This document shows positions 1-9,752 of a stretch of 64,000 nucleotides of DNA, in pieces. The notes below the pieces were generated by a model. That model was not told the DNA's origin. It was given only the letters and a program-made list of their open reading frames with translations, and did no database searches. Both the position numbers and the translations under genes were made by a program. Each line of letters begins with the position of its first letter. Position 1 is the stretch's first letter. Origin of the DNA: Thermodesulfobacteriota bacterium (GTDB lineage: Bacteria; Desulfobacterota_D; UBA1144; Nemesobacterales; UBA2774); assembly GCA_035325995.1 (NCBI GenBank), contig DAOKYU010000004.1:1322-65321 (forward strand), written 5' to 3'.

Positions 1-966
1 ATGAAAATGGACGAGCTAAAAAGCGCGGCGAAGATTGCCGTGATCGACTGCATGGCCGTTAAGGAAGGGGAGAGCGTTCTCGTAATAACCGACGAGCCGT
101 CGAGGAAGATAGGATACGCGCTCTGGGAGGCGGCGAGGGATGCGGGAGCGGAGGCGTCTATCATCGAGATAATCCCCAGGAAGTCGAACGGCGAGGAGCC
201 GCCGGCATACGTAGCCGAGCTTATGAAGCTCGTGGACGCGGTACTTATACCGACGTCGAAATCGCTAAGCCACACGGAGTCGAGGCGGAATGCGTGTAAG
301 GCGGGCGTCAGGATAGCGACCCTCCCCGGGATAACGGAGGACATGATGGTGAGGACGCTCAACGCCGATTACGACGCAATAGCCAAAAGGAGCGACGCGC
401 TCGCCGCGATCATATCGAAGGCGTCGAACGTGAGGGTGACGTCCGAAAAGGGGACGGACATAAACCTCGCCGTCGAGGGGAGGGAGGGACAGTCCGACAC
501 CGGGAGGAACCACGAGCCGGGTGATTTCAGCAACCTCCCCGCCGGCGAGGCGTACGTAGCGCCGCTCGAAGGGAAGTCGGAAGGTGTGGTCGTGTTCGAC
601 GGCTCGATGGCCGGCGTGGGGATACTGGAAGACGAGGTGATAAGGGTGAAGGTGGAGGAGGGATTCGCGACCGAGATCACGGGCGGCAAGGGCGCCGAGA
701 GGCTCGTATCGATAATGGAGCCGCACGGGAAGCTCGCGTTTAACCTCGCCGAGCTCGGCATAGGAACCCACGACAAGGCGCGCATAACCGGGCACGTCCT
801 GGAAGACGAGAAGGTCATCGGGACGATACACATCGCATTCGGGGACAACAAGAGCATGGGCGGGATCGTCCGCGTCGCGAGCCACCTGGACGGGGTGGTC
901 ATGAGCCCCACGGTGAGCGTGGACGGCGAGCTTATAATGAAGGACGGGAAGCTGCTAATATTCTGA
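1..966 (+). CDS. M29-family (AmpS/PepS-like) aminopeptidase
   Basis: 321-aa ORF beginning at the window edge (the ATG at nt 1 may or may not be the true start). Overall layout and the C-terminal HIAFG / SHLDGV segments resemble the thermophilic metalloprotease M29 family as I recall it. Confidence 0.7.
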   Translation: MKMDELKSAAKIAVIDCMAVKEGESVLVITDEPSRKIGYALWEAARDAGAEASIIEIIPRKSNGEEPPAYVAELMKLVDAVLIPTSKSLSHTESRRNACKAGVRIATLPGITEDMMVRTLNADYDAIAKRSDALAAIISKASNVRVTSEKGTDINLAVEGREGQSDTGRNHEPGDFSNLPAGEAYVAPLEGKSEGVVVFDGSMAGVGILEDEVIRVKVEEGFATEITGGKGAERLVSIMEPHGKLAFNLAELGIGTHDKARITGHVLEDEKVIGTIHIAFGDNKSMGGIVRVASHLDGVVMSPTVSVDGELIMKDGKLLIF

Positions 967-1006
967 CGGGCGGGAAATACGGCGGACGTGTGGTAAATTT
1001 TTACCT

Positions 1007-3253
1007 ATGGAAAGCGCCGTAAGCTCGCTCGTGTTTTTAGACCCGCCCGGACTTAAGGAAGCTGCGATATTCGCCGTATTCCTGGCCATCGTGATTTACG
1101 GCTCCGTAAGGAGCTCGAGGTCGATAGAGAGCTTCCGGAAAAGGGCCGTCATATTGTCGCTTCACGTTCTCGCGTTCCTGGTTATCTGCTTCCTTCTCCT
1201 AAACCCCGCCGTGAGGGTGGACAGCTATAAGGAAGAGAAGCGCCGGCTCGCGGTGCTCGTGGACGGGTCGTGGAGCATGAATCTCCCGAGCGGCGAGGGC
1301 GGGGAGACGCGCATCGACGCCGCGCGGAAATTCCTTAAGGACAACTCCGGATTTTTCTCGGGCCTGGACGATGATTTCGTAGTCGAATATTACACGTTCG
1401 GCAGCGGCCTTACGCCCGCCTCGCGGGACTCTTTATTGTCGGAGGAGCCGAGCGACGGCAGTACGGATTTCGGGAGGCTGCTGAAGGAGCTTCGCGGCAG
1501 AAACAGCCGCGGCGAGCTCGACGAGGCAATAATAATCTCCGACGGCGGGAACAACGGGGATACGGCAGGCGAAGACGGCGAAGACAAGAAAAGCGGGCTC
1601 AGAATAAATACCGTGGGGGCGCTTTCGGGCGACGCTTCGCCGGACCTGTGGATAGACGGCGTCGAGTCGAGCGAGGTTTCGTTTTTGAGGTACCCCTATT
1701 CCGTCCGGGTGAACGTCAGGACGATCGGGAAAGGCGGCATAAGTATTCCCGTATCGCTGTACGACGGGGACAAGCTGGTGGCTATCAAGGAAGTCGCGAT
1801 AGACGGCTCGTCCAAGGCCGGGAGCGTCGAATTCGAGATAAATCCGCTTACGCTCGGGCGGCAGATATACACGGCCGCCGTGCCGGTGATGGCGGACGAA
1901 ACGATAACCGAAAACAACCAGAAGTCTTTTTACACCGACGTAATCATAAACAAGATTCGTATTCTGCACGTGGCGGGGAGCCCGTCGTGGGACGTCAGGT
2001 TTTTGAGGAAGGCGCTAAAGCGGAACCCGAACGTGGACCTCGTTTCGTTTTTTATCCTGAGGGACCCGACGGACCTCGTGTTCGCGACGGAGAACGAGCT
2101 TAGCCTGATACCATTCCCCGTGAACGAGATATTCGGCTCTGAATTGGGGACGTTCGACATCGTAATATTCCAGAATTTCAACTTCCAGCCCTACGGCATT
2201 TTCGGATTTCATCTCCGGAGCATAAGGGATTACGTCTTAAACGAGGGCGGGGCGTTTTTGATGATAGGCGGGAACAAGAGCTTCGACAGCGGGAATTACG
2301 GAGCGACGCCCATTTCGGAAATACTGCCCGTCGAGCTCGATTACATACCGCGCGGGCTGACCGAGACGATAAACGACCGGAACGTGCACCCGAAGCTCAC
2401 CATGGCGGGGAAGAACCACCCGATAATGAGGATATTCCCCGACAAGAGGAAGAACGAGGAAGAGTGGAACGATATGCCGGAGCTCGAAGGGTTCAACATG
2501 GTGCAGGGGCTAAGCCAGGGCGCCGTGCCGCTCCTCGTGTCGCCCGACGGCGAGCCTATACTGGCCGTGGCCAAGGTGGGCACCGGGAAGGCGGCCACGT
2601 TCCTTTCGGATTCGTCCTGGAAATGGAATTTCGTCCGGGGGAGCGAGGGGGACGTTTCGCCGATGTACGATAAATTCTGGAACAGGCTGTTTTTGTGGTT
2701 CGTGAACGACCCGGATTTGAATGACGTGCGGGTCGAGACGGACAGGGCCGTATACGGACCCGGCGAGAAGGCCGGGATACGCATATGGGAGCTCGGCGGG
2801 GGGGGGACGGAAGAGAGCCCGAGCGCGAGGCTCGTCCGCCCGGACGGGAGAGCGGAGCGGCTGACACTGGAGAGGGCCGGTGACAACATGTTCACCGCTG
2901 AAATCGAGGCCGGAGATACGGGTATATACAGGGTGACGGCGGCCGGGGACGGAGACGGCGCGGCGGACGAGGAGCCTGGAGGCAGCATATCGTTCATCGT
3001 CGCCCCTCCTTCGAAGGAAGTGAGGGGGCCGACGTCCGACGAGGGCTATTTGAAATCGATTGCGTCCGGGAGCGGCGGCGTTTATATAAGGTCCGGTGAC
3101 GGCGCCGGGAGGCTCAGGATAGACGATTCGAGGAAGAAGACCGTTACGGGATACGAGACGAAGGAGCTCTGGGACAGCCCGTTCTTTCTTTTGCTGATAT
3201 TGGGGTTATTATTTTCGGAATGGTCGCTAAGAAGGAGATGGGGACTTAAGTAA
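1007..3253 (+). CDS. Large membrane-anchored vWA-domain protein (BatA-like architecture)
   Basis: 748 aa. Two N-terminal TM helices and one C-terminal TM helix. MIDAS-like motif DGSWS (VLVDGSWSM). The central region resembles the amidotransferase-like fold seen in Bat/aerotolerance-type proteins. Confidence 0.55.
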   Translation: MESAVSSLVFLDPPGLKEAAIFAVFLAIVIYGSVRSSRSIESFRKRAVILSLHVLAFLVICFLLLNPAVRVDSYKEEKRRLAVLVDGSWSMNLPSGEGGETRIDAARKFLKDNSGFFSGLDDDFVVEYYTFGSGLTPASRDSLLSEEPSDGSTDFGRLLKELRGRNSRGELDEAIIISDGGNNGDTAGEDGEDKKSGLRINTVGALSGDASPDLWIDGVESSEVSFLRYPYSVRVNVRTIGKGGISIPVSLYDGDKLVAIKEVAIDGSSKAGSVEFEINPLTLGRQIYTAAVPVMADETITENNQKSFYTDVIINKIRILHVAGSPSWDVRFLRKALKRNPNVDLVSFFILRDPTDLVFATENELSLIPFPVNEIFGSELGTFDIVIFQNFNFQPYGIFGFHLRSIRDYVLNEGGAFLMIGGNKSFDSGNYGATPISEILPVELDYIPRGLTETINDRNVHPKLTMAGKNHPIMRIFPDKRKNEEEWNDMPELEGFNMVQGLSQGAVPLLVSPDGEPILAVAKVGTGKAATFLSDSSWKWNFVRGSEGDVSPMYDKFWNRLFLWFVNDPDLNDVRVETDRAVYGPGEKAGIRIWELGGGGTEESPSARLVRPDGRAERLTLERAGDNMFTAEIEAGDTGIYRVTAAGDGDGAADEEPGGSISFIVAPPSKEVRGPTSDEGYLKSIASGSGGVYIRSGDGAGRLRIDDSRKKTVTGYETKELWDSPFFLLLILGLLFSEWSLRRRWGLK

Positions 3254-3340
3254 AGGCGCGCCCGGGGGAAACCTCAAAACGGCCGTTCTCCCGGAAGCCG
3301 AGGCCGCCGCATCCAAAGGCATAAGACCCCGAAAATAAAG

Positions 3341-4105
3341 ATGCTTCTCGCAATAGACATCGGGAATACGAATATCGTGTTCGGCATATTCGACGGAAAG
3401 GATATAGTGTCCCACTGGCGCATCGCCACCGACAAATCGAAGACATCGGACGAATACGGAATACTCTTCAGGGACCTCATGGAAATAAAGGGCATCGAGC
3501 CCGGCTCCATAACGGGCGCGGCCGTTTCGTGCGTCGTCCCGAACATACAATCGACCGTATTCAACGCCATAAAGACATATTACGACGTGAACCCGCTCGT
3601 GGTCGGCCCGGGCGTCAAGACGGGTATGCCCATACTCTATCACAACCCGAAGGAAGTGGGGGCGGACAGGATAGTGAACGGCGTCGCCGGATACGAGAAG
3701 CACAGGGGGAGCGTGATTGTGGTCGATTTCGGCACGGCGACGACATTCGACTGCATATCGGAGAAGGGTGAGTACATGGGGGGAGTCATAACCCCCGGGC
3801 TTACGATATCGTCCGAAGCCCTTTACAGGGAGGCCTCGAAGCTCCCGAGGGTGGAGATCGTGAAGCCCGAGAACATAATCGGCAAGACGACCGTCGAGAG
3901 CATACAGTCGGGGCTTGTTTACGGCTACGCGGGGCTCGTGGACGGCATAGTCGAGAGGATAAAGACAGAGATGAAGACGCCGCCGTACGTTACCGCCACG
4001 GGGGGAGTCGCGCCTCTCATCGCGAAGGAGAGCAGGACCATAAAGGACGTCGATGAATTCCTGACCCTACGGGGACTGAGGCTCATATATGACAGAAACG
4101 TTTAG
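3341..4105 (+). CDS. coaX: Type III pantothenate kinase
   Basis: N-terminus [15 protein letters not shown], internal GADRIVN and [11 protein letters not shown], all ASKHA-fold CoaX signatures; 254 aa is the typical length. Confidence 0.9.
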   Translation: MLLAIDIGNTNIVFGIFDGKDIVSHWRIATDKSKTSDEYGILFRDLMEIKGIEPGSITGAAVSCVVPNIQSTVFNAIKTYYDVNPLVVGPGVKTGMPILYHNPKEVGADRIVNGVAGYEKHRGSVIVVDFGTATTFDCISEKGEYMGGVITPGLTISSEALYREASKLPRVEIVKPENIIGKTTVESIQSGLVYGYAGLVDGIVERIKTEMKTPPYVTATGGVAPLIAKESRTIKDVDEFLTLRGLRLIYDRNV

Positions 4106-4487
4106 CTACGCGGTATTCCGGCACAAGACGGACGCGCCGCACTGGGACCTTTTCGTGACCAGCGGGGACGGGCGCGCCATGCACTGGATCGTGCCGTCCG
4201 GCATACCAGTGGAAGAAAAAGACAAAAGGCTGGCCGTCGGGGGGAGCGCGCCGGAAGACATCCCCGAAGGAGTGCCGGGAGAGTGTGCTTACGGGGACGG
4301 ATACGGCAGGGGAGAGGCCGAGCCCTGGGACCGGGGGGCGTGCACGATTGAAATGTCCAACAAGATAAAGATGGTCTTGAGCGTCGGGGGCGAAAGGATG
4401 CGGGGGAAGTATCTCTTTATCATTCCCGCGTGGGGCAGGTGGACGGAGAAGAGGCTCTGGGTTATAGAGAAGATCGGGCCAGCGTAG
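4089..4487 (+). CDS. LigD 3'-phosphoesterase-like (LigD_N) domain protein, possibly degenerate
   Basis: 132 aa. [13 protein letters not shown] ... HWIVPSG ... KRLAV ... WDRG resembles the LigD_N pattern (H-x-A-x-x-x-HYDLRLE ... W-x-V-P-K-G ... WD-x-G). The central EDHPL-type His appears to be missing. The ORF overlaps the coaX 3' end by 17 nt. Confidence 0.45.
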   Translation: MTETFSYAVFRHKTDAPHWDLFVTSGDGRAMHWIVPSGIPVEEKDKRLAVGGSAPEDIPEGVPGECAYGDGYGRGEAEPWDRGACTIEMSNKIKMVLSVGGERMRGKYLFIIPAWGRWTEKRLWVIEKIGPA

Positions 4488-4537
4488 CATGCTTTCCGCA
4501 ATGACGGGCAAATTCTACTCTCGGCCAAAACATAAAA

Positions 4538-4561
4538 TTGCTTCGCTGGGAAGCGAAGCAA
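4538..4561 (+). terminator. Hairpin downstream of the 4089-4487 ORF (candidate intrinsic terminator)
   Basis: Perfect 10-bp inverted repeat ttgcttcgct / agcgaagcaa with loop ggga, followed by taccttttc. Confidence 0.4.
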
Positions 4562-4972
4562 TACCTTTTCTGGACGGCGCGCCACTCGTGCGGGAAATCG
4601 ATGCAGCATCGACAATGCGATTAACCAACTGACGCGCAAAAGGCGATTCAATTCTGTTTTGCAGATACGATCGTAAAATACACTTTATGCTTTGGCCAAG
4701 CAAAAGTAGAAGTAGCTTGTTTTTAACGCTTTAAAAGATTTTTAGATCCTGAAACAAGTTCAGGATGACTACAAAAAAACAAGGATAAATACTGGATTCC
4801 CGACCCGGCTTCGCCCGCAGGCTTCACCGCGGCAGATACAAGCATTATGCTAAAGATGGTAAATTGCGAGCAGTACTGGATGAACGTCTGCGAGATAAGG
4901 GAACGGCGTCCGATTCCTCGCTCGCTCGAAATCGTTGGGAATGACAGACTATAAGGAAATGAACGTAAATTT

Positions 4973-6367
4973 ATGTATGTTTATTCCGGCAGGCAGGCCA
5001 GTGCTCCGCCGCACACGTTCATCGATATGCGCACAAACATCATCATACTCGTAAGCGGGCTCGTATCACTCGGCATATATTTCTTCGTCCCGGCGGAAGA
5101 GAGCACGCTCAAGGGGCTCGCGATACTGGCGTTCATTGCGATCCTCTGGTTCACGGAAGCCCTCCCCCTTGCCGTGACGGCGCTCCTGGTGCCGATACTG
5201 GTCGTGGCCGCGGGGGTGATGGACGTAAAGAGCGCGCTGAGCCATTTCGCGAACCCCGTCATATTCCTTTTCCTCGGGGGGTTCGCCCTCGCCGCCGCCC
5301 TTCACAAGCACAACATCGACGAGTACATAGCGGGCTACATAATGAACGCCGCGGGAACGAAGCCTATATACGCCATACTGGGGCTCTTCGGTGCGACTTC
5401 GCTTATAAGCATGTGGATAAGCAATACGGCGACGGCCGCCATAATGCTGCCGGTGGCGCTCGGGCTGATATCGAAGCTGAGGACGGAGTCGCCCGCGACC
5501 GATGCATTCATACTGCTCGGCGTCGCATACTCGGCGAACATTGCCGGGCTCGGGACGCTCATAGGCTCGCCCCCGAACGCCATTACCGCTGCCAACCTCG
5601 GCATGGATTTCAGGGACTGGCTCTTCGTGGGACTGCCGCTCGTCGTCATACTCATCCCGGCGATGGTCGGGGTGCTTTATTTTGTCCTGAGACCGAAGCT
5701 GCCGAGGGTGGAAATCTCGCAAATCGCCGACATAGAGGGGCTCGTGGATCGCGGGAGCGGGTACAGGGTGGGGCTCGTCTTCGCGATCGTGGTTTTCCTC
5801 TGGCTCTTCAGCAGGCCGATATCGTCGTGGATAGGGATAGACAAGGAGTTCGATTCACTCGTGGCGATATTGGGGATAGTCCTCCTCGTTTATTTCAGGA
5901 CTATAGAGTGGAAGGAGATATCGAGATTCACGGACTGGGGCGTCCTGCTCCTCTTCGGCGGAGGGCTGGTCCTGAGCGCGATGCTGTCCGAGACCGGGGC
6001 GAGCCGGTTCCTGGCCGACATAGTGAAAAATCATCTTTCGGTGCACGGCGCGTTCGTGCTCGTGCTGGGCTCCGTGATGCTCACGATACTCATCACGGAA
6101 TTCGCGAGCAACACCGCGAGCGCGGCGATAATGGTGCCGATATTCCTCGCCCTCGGGCGGGATACGGGGCAGTCGTCACCCGAAGCGCTTGCGCTCGCGG
6201 TCGGTATAGCTTCGTCGATGGGGTTCATGCTGCCCGTGGGAACGCCCCCTAACGCGCTTATCTACGGGACGGGGCTCGTCGAGCAGAGGACGATGATAAA
6301 AGCGGGCTTCGTGCTGAATATAGTATCCGGGATAGTTATTACAGTGGCCGCCTACTTCTTTTTTTAA
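4973..6367 (+). CDS. DASS-family (SLC13-like) sodium-coupled anion/dicarboxylate symporter
   Basis: Polytopic membrane protein carrying the two DASS hairpin motifs SNTATAAIMLPV and SNTASAAIMVPI. An alternative start at ATG 5027 (MRTNIII...) is possible. Confidence 0.85.
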   Translation: MYVYSGRQASAPPHTFIDMRTNIIILVSGLVSLGIYFFVPAEESTLKGLAILAFIAILWFTEALPLAVTALLVPILVVAAGVMDVKSALSHFANPVIFLFLGGFALAAALHKHNIDEYIAGYIMNAAGTKPIYAILGLFGATSLISMWISNTATAAIMLPVALGLISKLRTESPATDAFILLGVAYSANIAGLGTLIGSPPNAITAANLGMDFRDWLFVGLPLVVILIPAMVGVLYFVLRPKLPRVEISQIADIEGLVDRGSGYRVGLVFAIVVFLWLFSRPISSWIGIDKEFDSLVAILGIVLLVYFRTIEWKEISRFTDWGVLLLFGGGLVLSAMLSETGASRFLADIVKNHLSVHGAFVLVLGSVMLTILITEFASNTASAAIMVPIFLALGRDTGQSSPEALALAVGIASSMGFMLPVGTPPNALIYGTGLVEQRTMIKAGFVLNIVSGIVITVAAYFFF

Positions 6368-6384
6368 ATGGACGGGTAACGGGA

Positions 6385-6813
6385 TTATTCTTCGGACAGC
6401 TCCGCGAGCTCTATGAGGACGCCGTTCATGGCCTTCGGATGAATGAAGGCGACCCTGGAGTTGTAGGCCCCGACGCGGGGCGTTTCGTCTATCAGCCTCA
6501 CGCCTTCTTTCTTCAGCCTTTCGAGGGCGAGCTCTATGTTGTCAACGGCAAAGCATATGTGGTGAATGCCCTCGCCTCTTTTCTCGAGGAATTTCGAGAT
6601 GGGGGAATCCTCGCTAAGGGGCTCGAGGAGCTCTATGGCGGAGCCGCCCTTTTCCGGCACAAGCATGGACGTTTTGACCTTCTGGTCCTCGACGACTTCC
6701 CTGTGGGCGACCTTGAGGCCGAGGGCGGTTTCGTAGACCCTTTCGACCTCGTCTATGGAGTTGACCGCTATAGCCACGTGATAGAGGTTTTCGAGAACGC
6801 CTTTGCTCATCAT
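6385..6813 (-). CDS. mce: Methylmalonyl-CoA epimerase (VOC/glyoxalase fold)
   Basis: 142 aa. HVAIAV ... IELLEP ... SPISKFLEKRGEGIHHICF ... FIHPK ... GVLIEL is the typical epimerase pattern. Confidence 0.8.
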   Translation of the reverse strand: MMSKGVLENLYHVAIAVNSIDEVERVYETALGLKVAHREVVEDQKVKTSMLVPEKGGSAIELLEPLSEDSPISKFLEKRGEGIHHICFAVDNIELALERLKKEGVRLIDETPRVGAYNSRVAFIHPKAMNGVLIELAELSEE

Positions 6814-6857
6814 TTCGCTCCGTCGAGGGATTTTAACCGGGTGTGGGAATTAGAGGC

Positions 6858-7283
6858 TCAGGCCGAGCGGACGCGCATTGCGGCCAGCGAGGCCAGCTTC
6901 TTTTTTACACCCTTTTCGAACCGCTCCTCGTTGATTATGTACATGTCGTTAAAGCCCGCCGCGATGCGCTCGAACTCGTCGTGAGCGTCTATACGGAAGT
7001 AGACCTTGTCGCCTTCGATCCTGAGTATCTCGGCCCTGACGAGTATCGTCGAGCCTATGGGCGCCGAGGCGAAGTGGTTCATTTCGATCCGGACGCTTAC
7101 GACCATTTCGGAGCCGTCGAGAAAGGGGGCCATGAGATCGGCGCAGGTCGTCTGCATGAGCGTTACCAGAGACGGGCTCGAAAGGACCTGGGGCGAGTTC
7201 CTGTGGAACCGGGACGCCGCCATTTCGGGCTTCGTCTCGATCTTTTTCTCGATAAACATGCCTGCCTGAAACGATTTTCTCAC
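6858..7283 (-). CDS. Hotdog-fold thioesterase (FlK-like family)
   Basis: 141 aa. The layout resembles fluoroacetyl-CoA thioesterase-like hotdog proteins (VLSSPSLVTLMQTTCADLMAPFL ... HFASAPIGSTILVRAEILRIEG). Confidence 0.6.
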   Translation of the reverse strand: MRKSFQAGMFIEKKIETKPEMAASRFHRNSPQVLSSPSLVTLMQTTCADLMAPFLDGSEMVVSVRIEMNHFASAPIGSTILVRAEILRIEGDKVYFRIDAHDEFERIAAGFNDMYIINEERFEKGVKKKLASLAAMRVRSA

Positions 7284-7320
7284 GATTTCACCCGGCGAGA
7301 TTTATAGTTTCCACCCTATA

Positions 7321-7339
7321 AAGCTGCGTGCCGCAGCTT
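7321..7339 (-). terminator. Hairpin between the lipoprotein gene and the thioesterase gene
   Basis: Inverted repeat aagctgcg / cgcagctt with a 3-nt loop. On the minus strand it is followed by tatagg, not a clean U-tract. Confidence 0.25.
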
Positions 7340-7429
7340 CGTAATCCAACCCTTATGGATTAAATATACCTGCGAAATAATTTGGTGTATATCAGACCGA
7401 AGCCGGCCCTCGGCGAAATCGTGGGCGCC

Positions 7430-8197
7430 TCACTCTTCCCCGGAGCCGGGGGCTATCGTGAGCGTCAGCTCCCGGGATACGGACGCCCCTTCGGAATCGG
7501 CGGCGACGACAGTGACCTTGTATTCGCCGGCGTCGTCCTCGCCGTATTCCCAGGCTATGAGCCCTGTCGCGGGCTCTATCGTCATCCCGGGGGGAGCGCC
7601 GCGGAGGGTGAAATCCACGGGGTCGCCGTCAGGATCCTCGGCGACGACTGTATACGCGAACCTCCCGTCCGTAAACGACGCCTCGGGCTCTGACGGTATG
7701 ACGGGCGGGGAATTGGGAATCGCGAACGCGCCGCCCGCGGTGGCCGCGCCCTGCCCGAGGTCGCTGTAGGGGGTGACGGTGACGCCTATAATGTCGCCCC
7801 TTTTAAACCCCTCCTGCCACGGAAGGGTTTCCTCTATCGCGCCCGAAATATCGTTGCCGTTGACAGTCCAGTCGTACATGTATCTTATGTCGCTGTTTTG
7901 TGCGCCGTCGAAGCGGATGACCGCCTTGAAGCCGTCCCTCGGATTGCCCGTTATCGTTTCGACCGAGACGGATCTTATTTTGGCGAGAGACGGGATGGCC
8001 GGGGCCGGGGCGTCGAAATCTCCCGCGGCTTCGGGCCCCTCTTCCTCCTCTTCGTACGCCTCGTCCACTTCGTCGCCTGCACCGGATGAAATATCCGTCT
8101 CGTCGGGCGCGGACGGAGTTTCGTCGCGGCTGCAGCCCGGAACGAGTAGCAGCGCGGCAAGGAGAATGATTAGCGGAAATCCCGCGGCTTTTATCAT
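7430..8197 (-). CDS. Acidic lipoprotein with a C-terminal cadherin-like/dystroglycan-type Ig domain
   Basis: Signal peptide with lipobox LLVPGC. Acidic linker (DEVDEAYEEEEEGPE). C-terminal segment AYTVVAEDPDGDPVDFTLRGAPPGMTIEPATGLIAW ... YKVTVVAADSEG matches the putative-Ig (He_PIG / Cadherin-like) pattern. Confidence 0.55.
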   Translation of the reverse strand: MIKAAGFPLIILLAALLLVPGCSRDETPSAPDETDISSGAGDEVDEAYEEEEEGPEAAGDFDAPAPAIPSLAKIRSVSVETITGNPRDGFKAVIRFDGAQNSDIRYMYDWTVNGNDISGAIEETLPWQEGFKRGDIIGVTVTPYSDLGQGAATAGGAFAIPNSPPVIPSEPEASFTDGRFAYTVVAEDPDGDPVDFTLRGAPPGMTIEPATGLIAWEYGEDDAGEYKVTVVAADSEGASVSRELTLTIAPGSGEE

Positions 8198-8264
8198 CGG
8201 TGCGTCCCCCGGTTTTCGTTAATAATAGCGCCTGAAGGAGAGAAAAGGCAACAGGGGGGCCGGA

Positions 8265-9752
8265 TCAGGAGGCCTTGACCTCGTACTTGCCGAGGCGGCC
8301 CTCGACGGGCTTGAACGATATGCGGACACCGGATTCCTTTTCGAGGCGTTTTAGCCCTTCCTGCTCGAATTCGCGGAGCTTTTCGATTATGCGGGGGCCC
8401 GCCTGGACCTCGACGGCGGTTACGCCGGGTTTTCCCGCCTTGTGTCTTATCTCGCGGATTATCTCGTAGGAGATCGTGTCCTTGGATTTGAGGTACCCCG
8501 AGCCGTCGCAGTATGGGCAGGGCTCGGCGAGCTCCGTGAGGACGCTTTCGCGGAGGCGCTGGCGTGTCATCTGTATGACGCCGAAGGGGGACATTTCGAG
8601 CACCGCCGACCTTGCGCGGTCGCGCTTCAGCGCCTCGACGAAGGCCTCGTATATCTGGTCGCGGAGCTGGCGGTTCTTGATGTCGATAAAATCGACTACG
8701 ATTATGCCGACCAGGTTCCGGAGCCTGATCTGCCTTACGATTTCGGTCGCGGCTTCGAGGTTGAGCCTGTAGATCGTATCCTCCTGCGTTTTGCCGCTCT
8801 GGAACCTTCCCGTGTTGACGTCGACTACGGTGAGGCCCTCGGCCTCTTCGATGATTATGTGGCCGCCCGATTTGAGCCACACCTTTTTGTTGAATATCTT
8901 CCTTATCTCGTTCTCGACTCCGTAGCGTATGAATATGGGCTCGGGCTCTTTGTAGAGCTCGACCCTGACGCCCGAATCGGGCAGGTACCTCTTCACGTAG
9001 GAGATGATCTCGTCATAGGCCTCCTTCGAATCGACGACGACGCGGCTCATATCGCCGGAGACGAAATCCCTGACCGCTTTTATGTAGAGCCGGGGCTCTT
9101 CGTAAAGGAGGGACGGTGTCCTGGTTTCGTCGCTTCTCTTTTTAATGTCGGTCCAGAGGCGGTGGAGCTCCCGCGTATCCTGACGGAGGTCTTCCTCGGA
9201 TACGTCGATGCTGGCCGTGCGTGCGATGAGCCCTATCCCCTCGGGCTTTATGCGCCTTACTATTTCGTTGAGCCTGTCTCGCTCGCTCTGGGATTCTATC
9301 TTGCGGGAGATTCCGACGATGTCGGCGTTCCCGAGGAGGACGGTGTATTTGCCGGGTATGCCGATGAACGAGGAGAGCTTGGGCCCCTTGCCGCCGACCG
9401 ATTCCTTTAGCACCTGGACGAGCACGTGCTGACCTTCGCGGAGGATGTCCTGTATGAGCCCCCTGCTGTGTTTTTTGTGGTGGTTCGCTTCGCCTTCGTT
9501 CTCAAGGAAGAAGTCGTAGAGCGAGTCTTCGTGAACGTCTTCGACGGAGATGAAGCCCGACTTTTCGAGCCCTATGTTCACGAACGCCGCCTGCATGCCG
9601 GGGACGACCTTTCCGACGATGCCCTTGTAGATGTTGCCGACGATCCTCGGGGCGGACTTCCTTTCGAGATAGAGCTCCGCCACAGAGCCGTTTTCCATTA
9701 CGGCCACCCTGGTTTCGTTGAACGTAACATTAATTAAAATCCGGTTGTCCAT
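8265..9752 (-). CDS. rng: Ribonuclease E/G family endoribonuclease (RNase G-like)
   Basis: 495 aa. N-terminal S1 domain (NIYKGIVGKVVPGMQAAFVNIG), DNase-I-like segment (LTVVDVNTG) and the zinc-link CPxCxGxG (CPYCDGSGY). Confidence 0.85.
   Translation of the reverse strand: MDNRILINVTFNETRVAVMENGSVAELYLERKSAPRIVGNIYKGIVGKVVPGMQAAFVNIGLEKSGFISVEDVHEDSLYDFFLENEGEANHHKKHSRGLIQDILREGQHVLVQVLKESVGGKGPKLSSFIGIPGKYTVLLGNADIVGISRKIESQSERDRLNEIVRRIKPEGIGLIARTASIDVSEEDLRQDTRELHRLWTDIKKRSDETRTPSLLYEEPRLYIKAVRDFVSGDMSRVVVDSKEAYDEIISYVKRYLPDSGVRVELYKEPEPIFIRYGVENEIRKIFNKKVWLKSGGHIIIEEAEGLTVVDVNTGRFQSGKTQEDTIYRLNLEAATEIVRQIRLRNLVGIIVVDFIDIKNRQLRDQIYEAFVEALKRDRARSAVLEMSPFGVIQMTRQRLRESVLTELAEPCPYCDGSGYLKSKDTISYEIIREIRHKAGKPGVTAVEVQAGPRIIEKLREFEQEGLKRLEKESGVRISFKPVEGRLGKYEVKAS

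Noticed and set aside
8194-8880. 228-aa highly basic ORF (Arg/Pro/Gly-rich) on the - strand overlapping the rng 3' half
   Set aside because: It is an alternative frame of the RNase G gene. The extreme Arg content is typical of an off-frame reading of GC-rich coding sequence. It has no independent start context.
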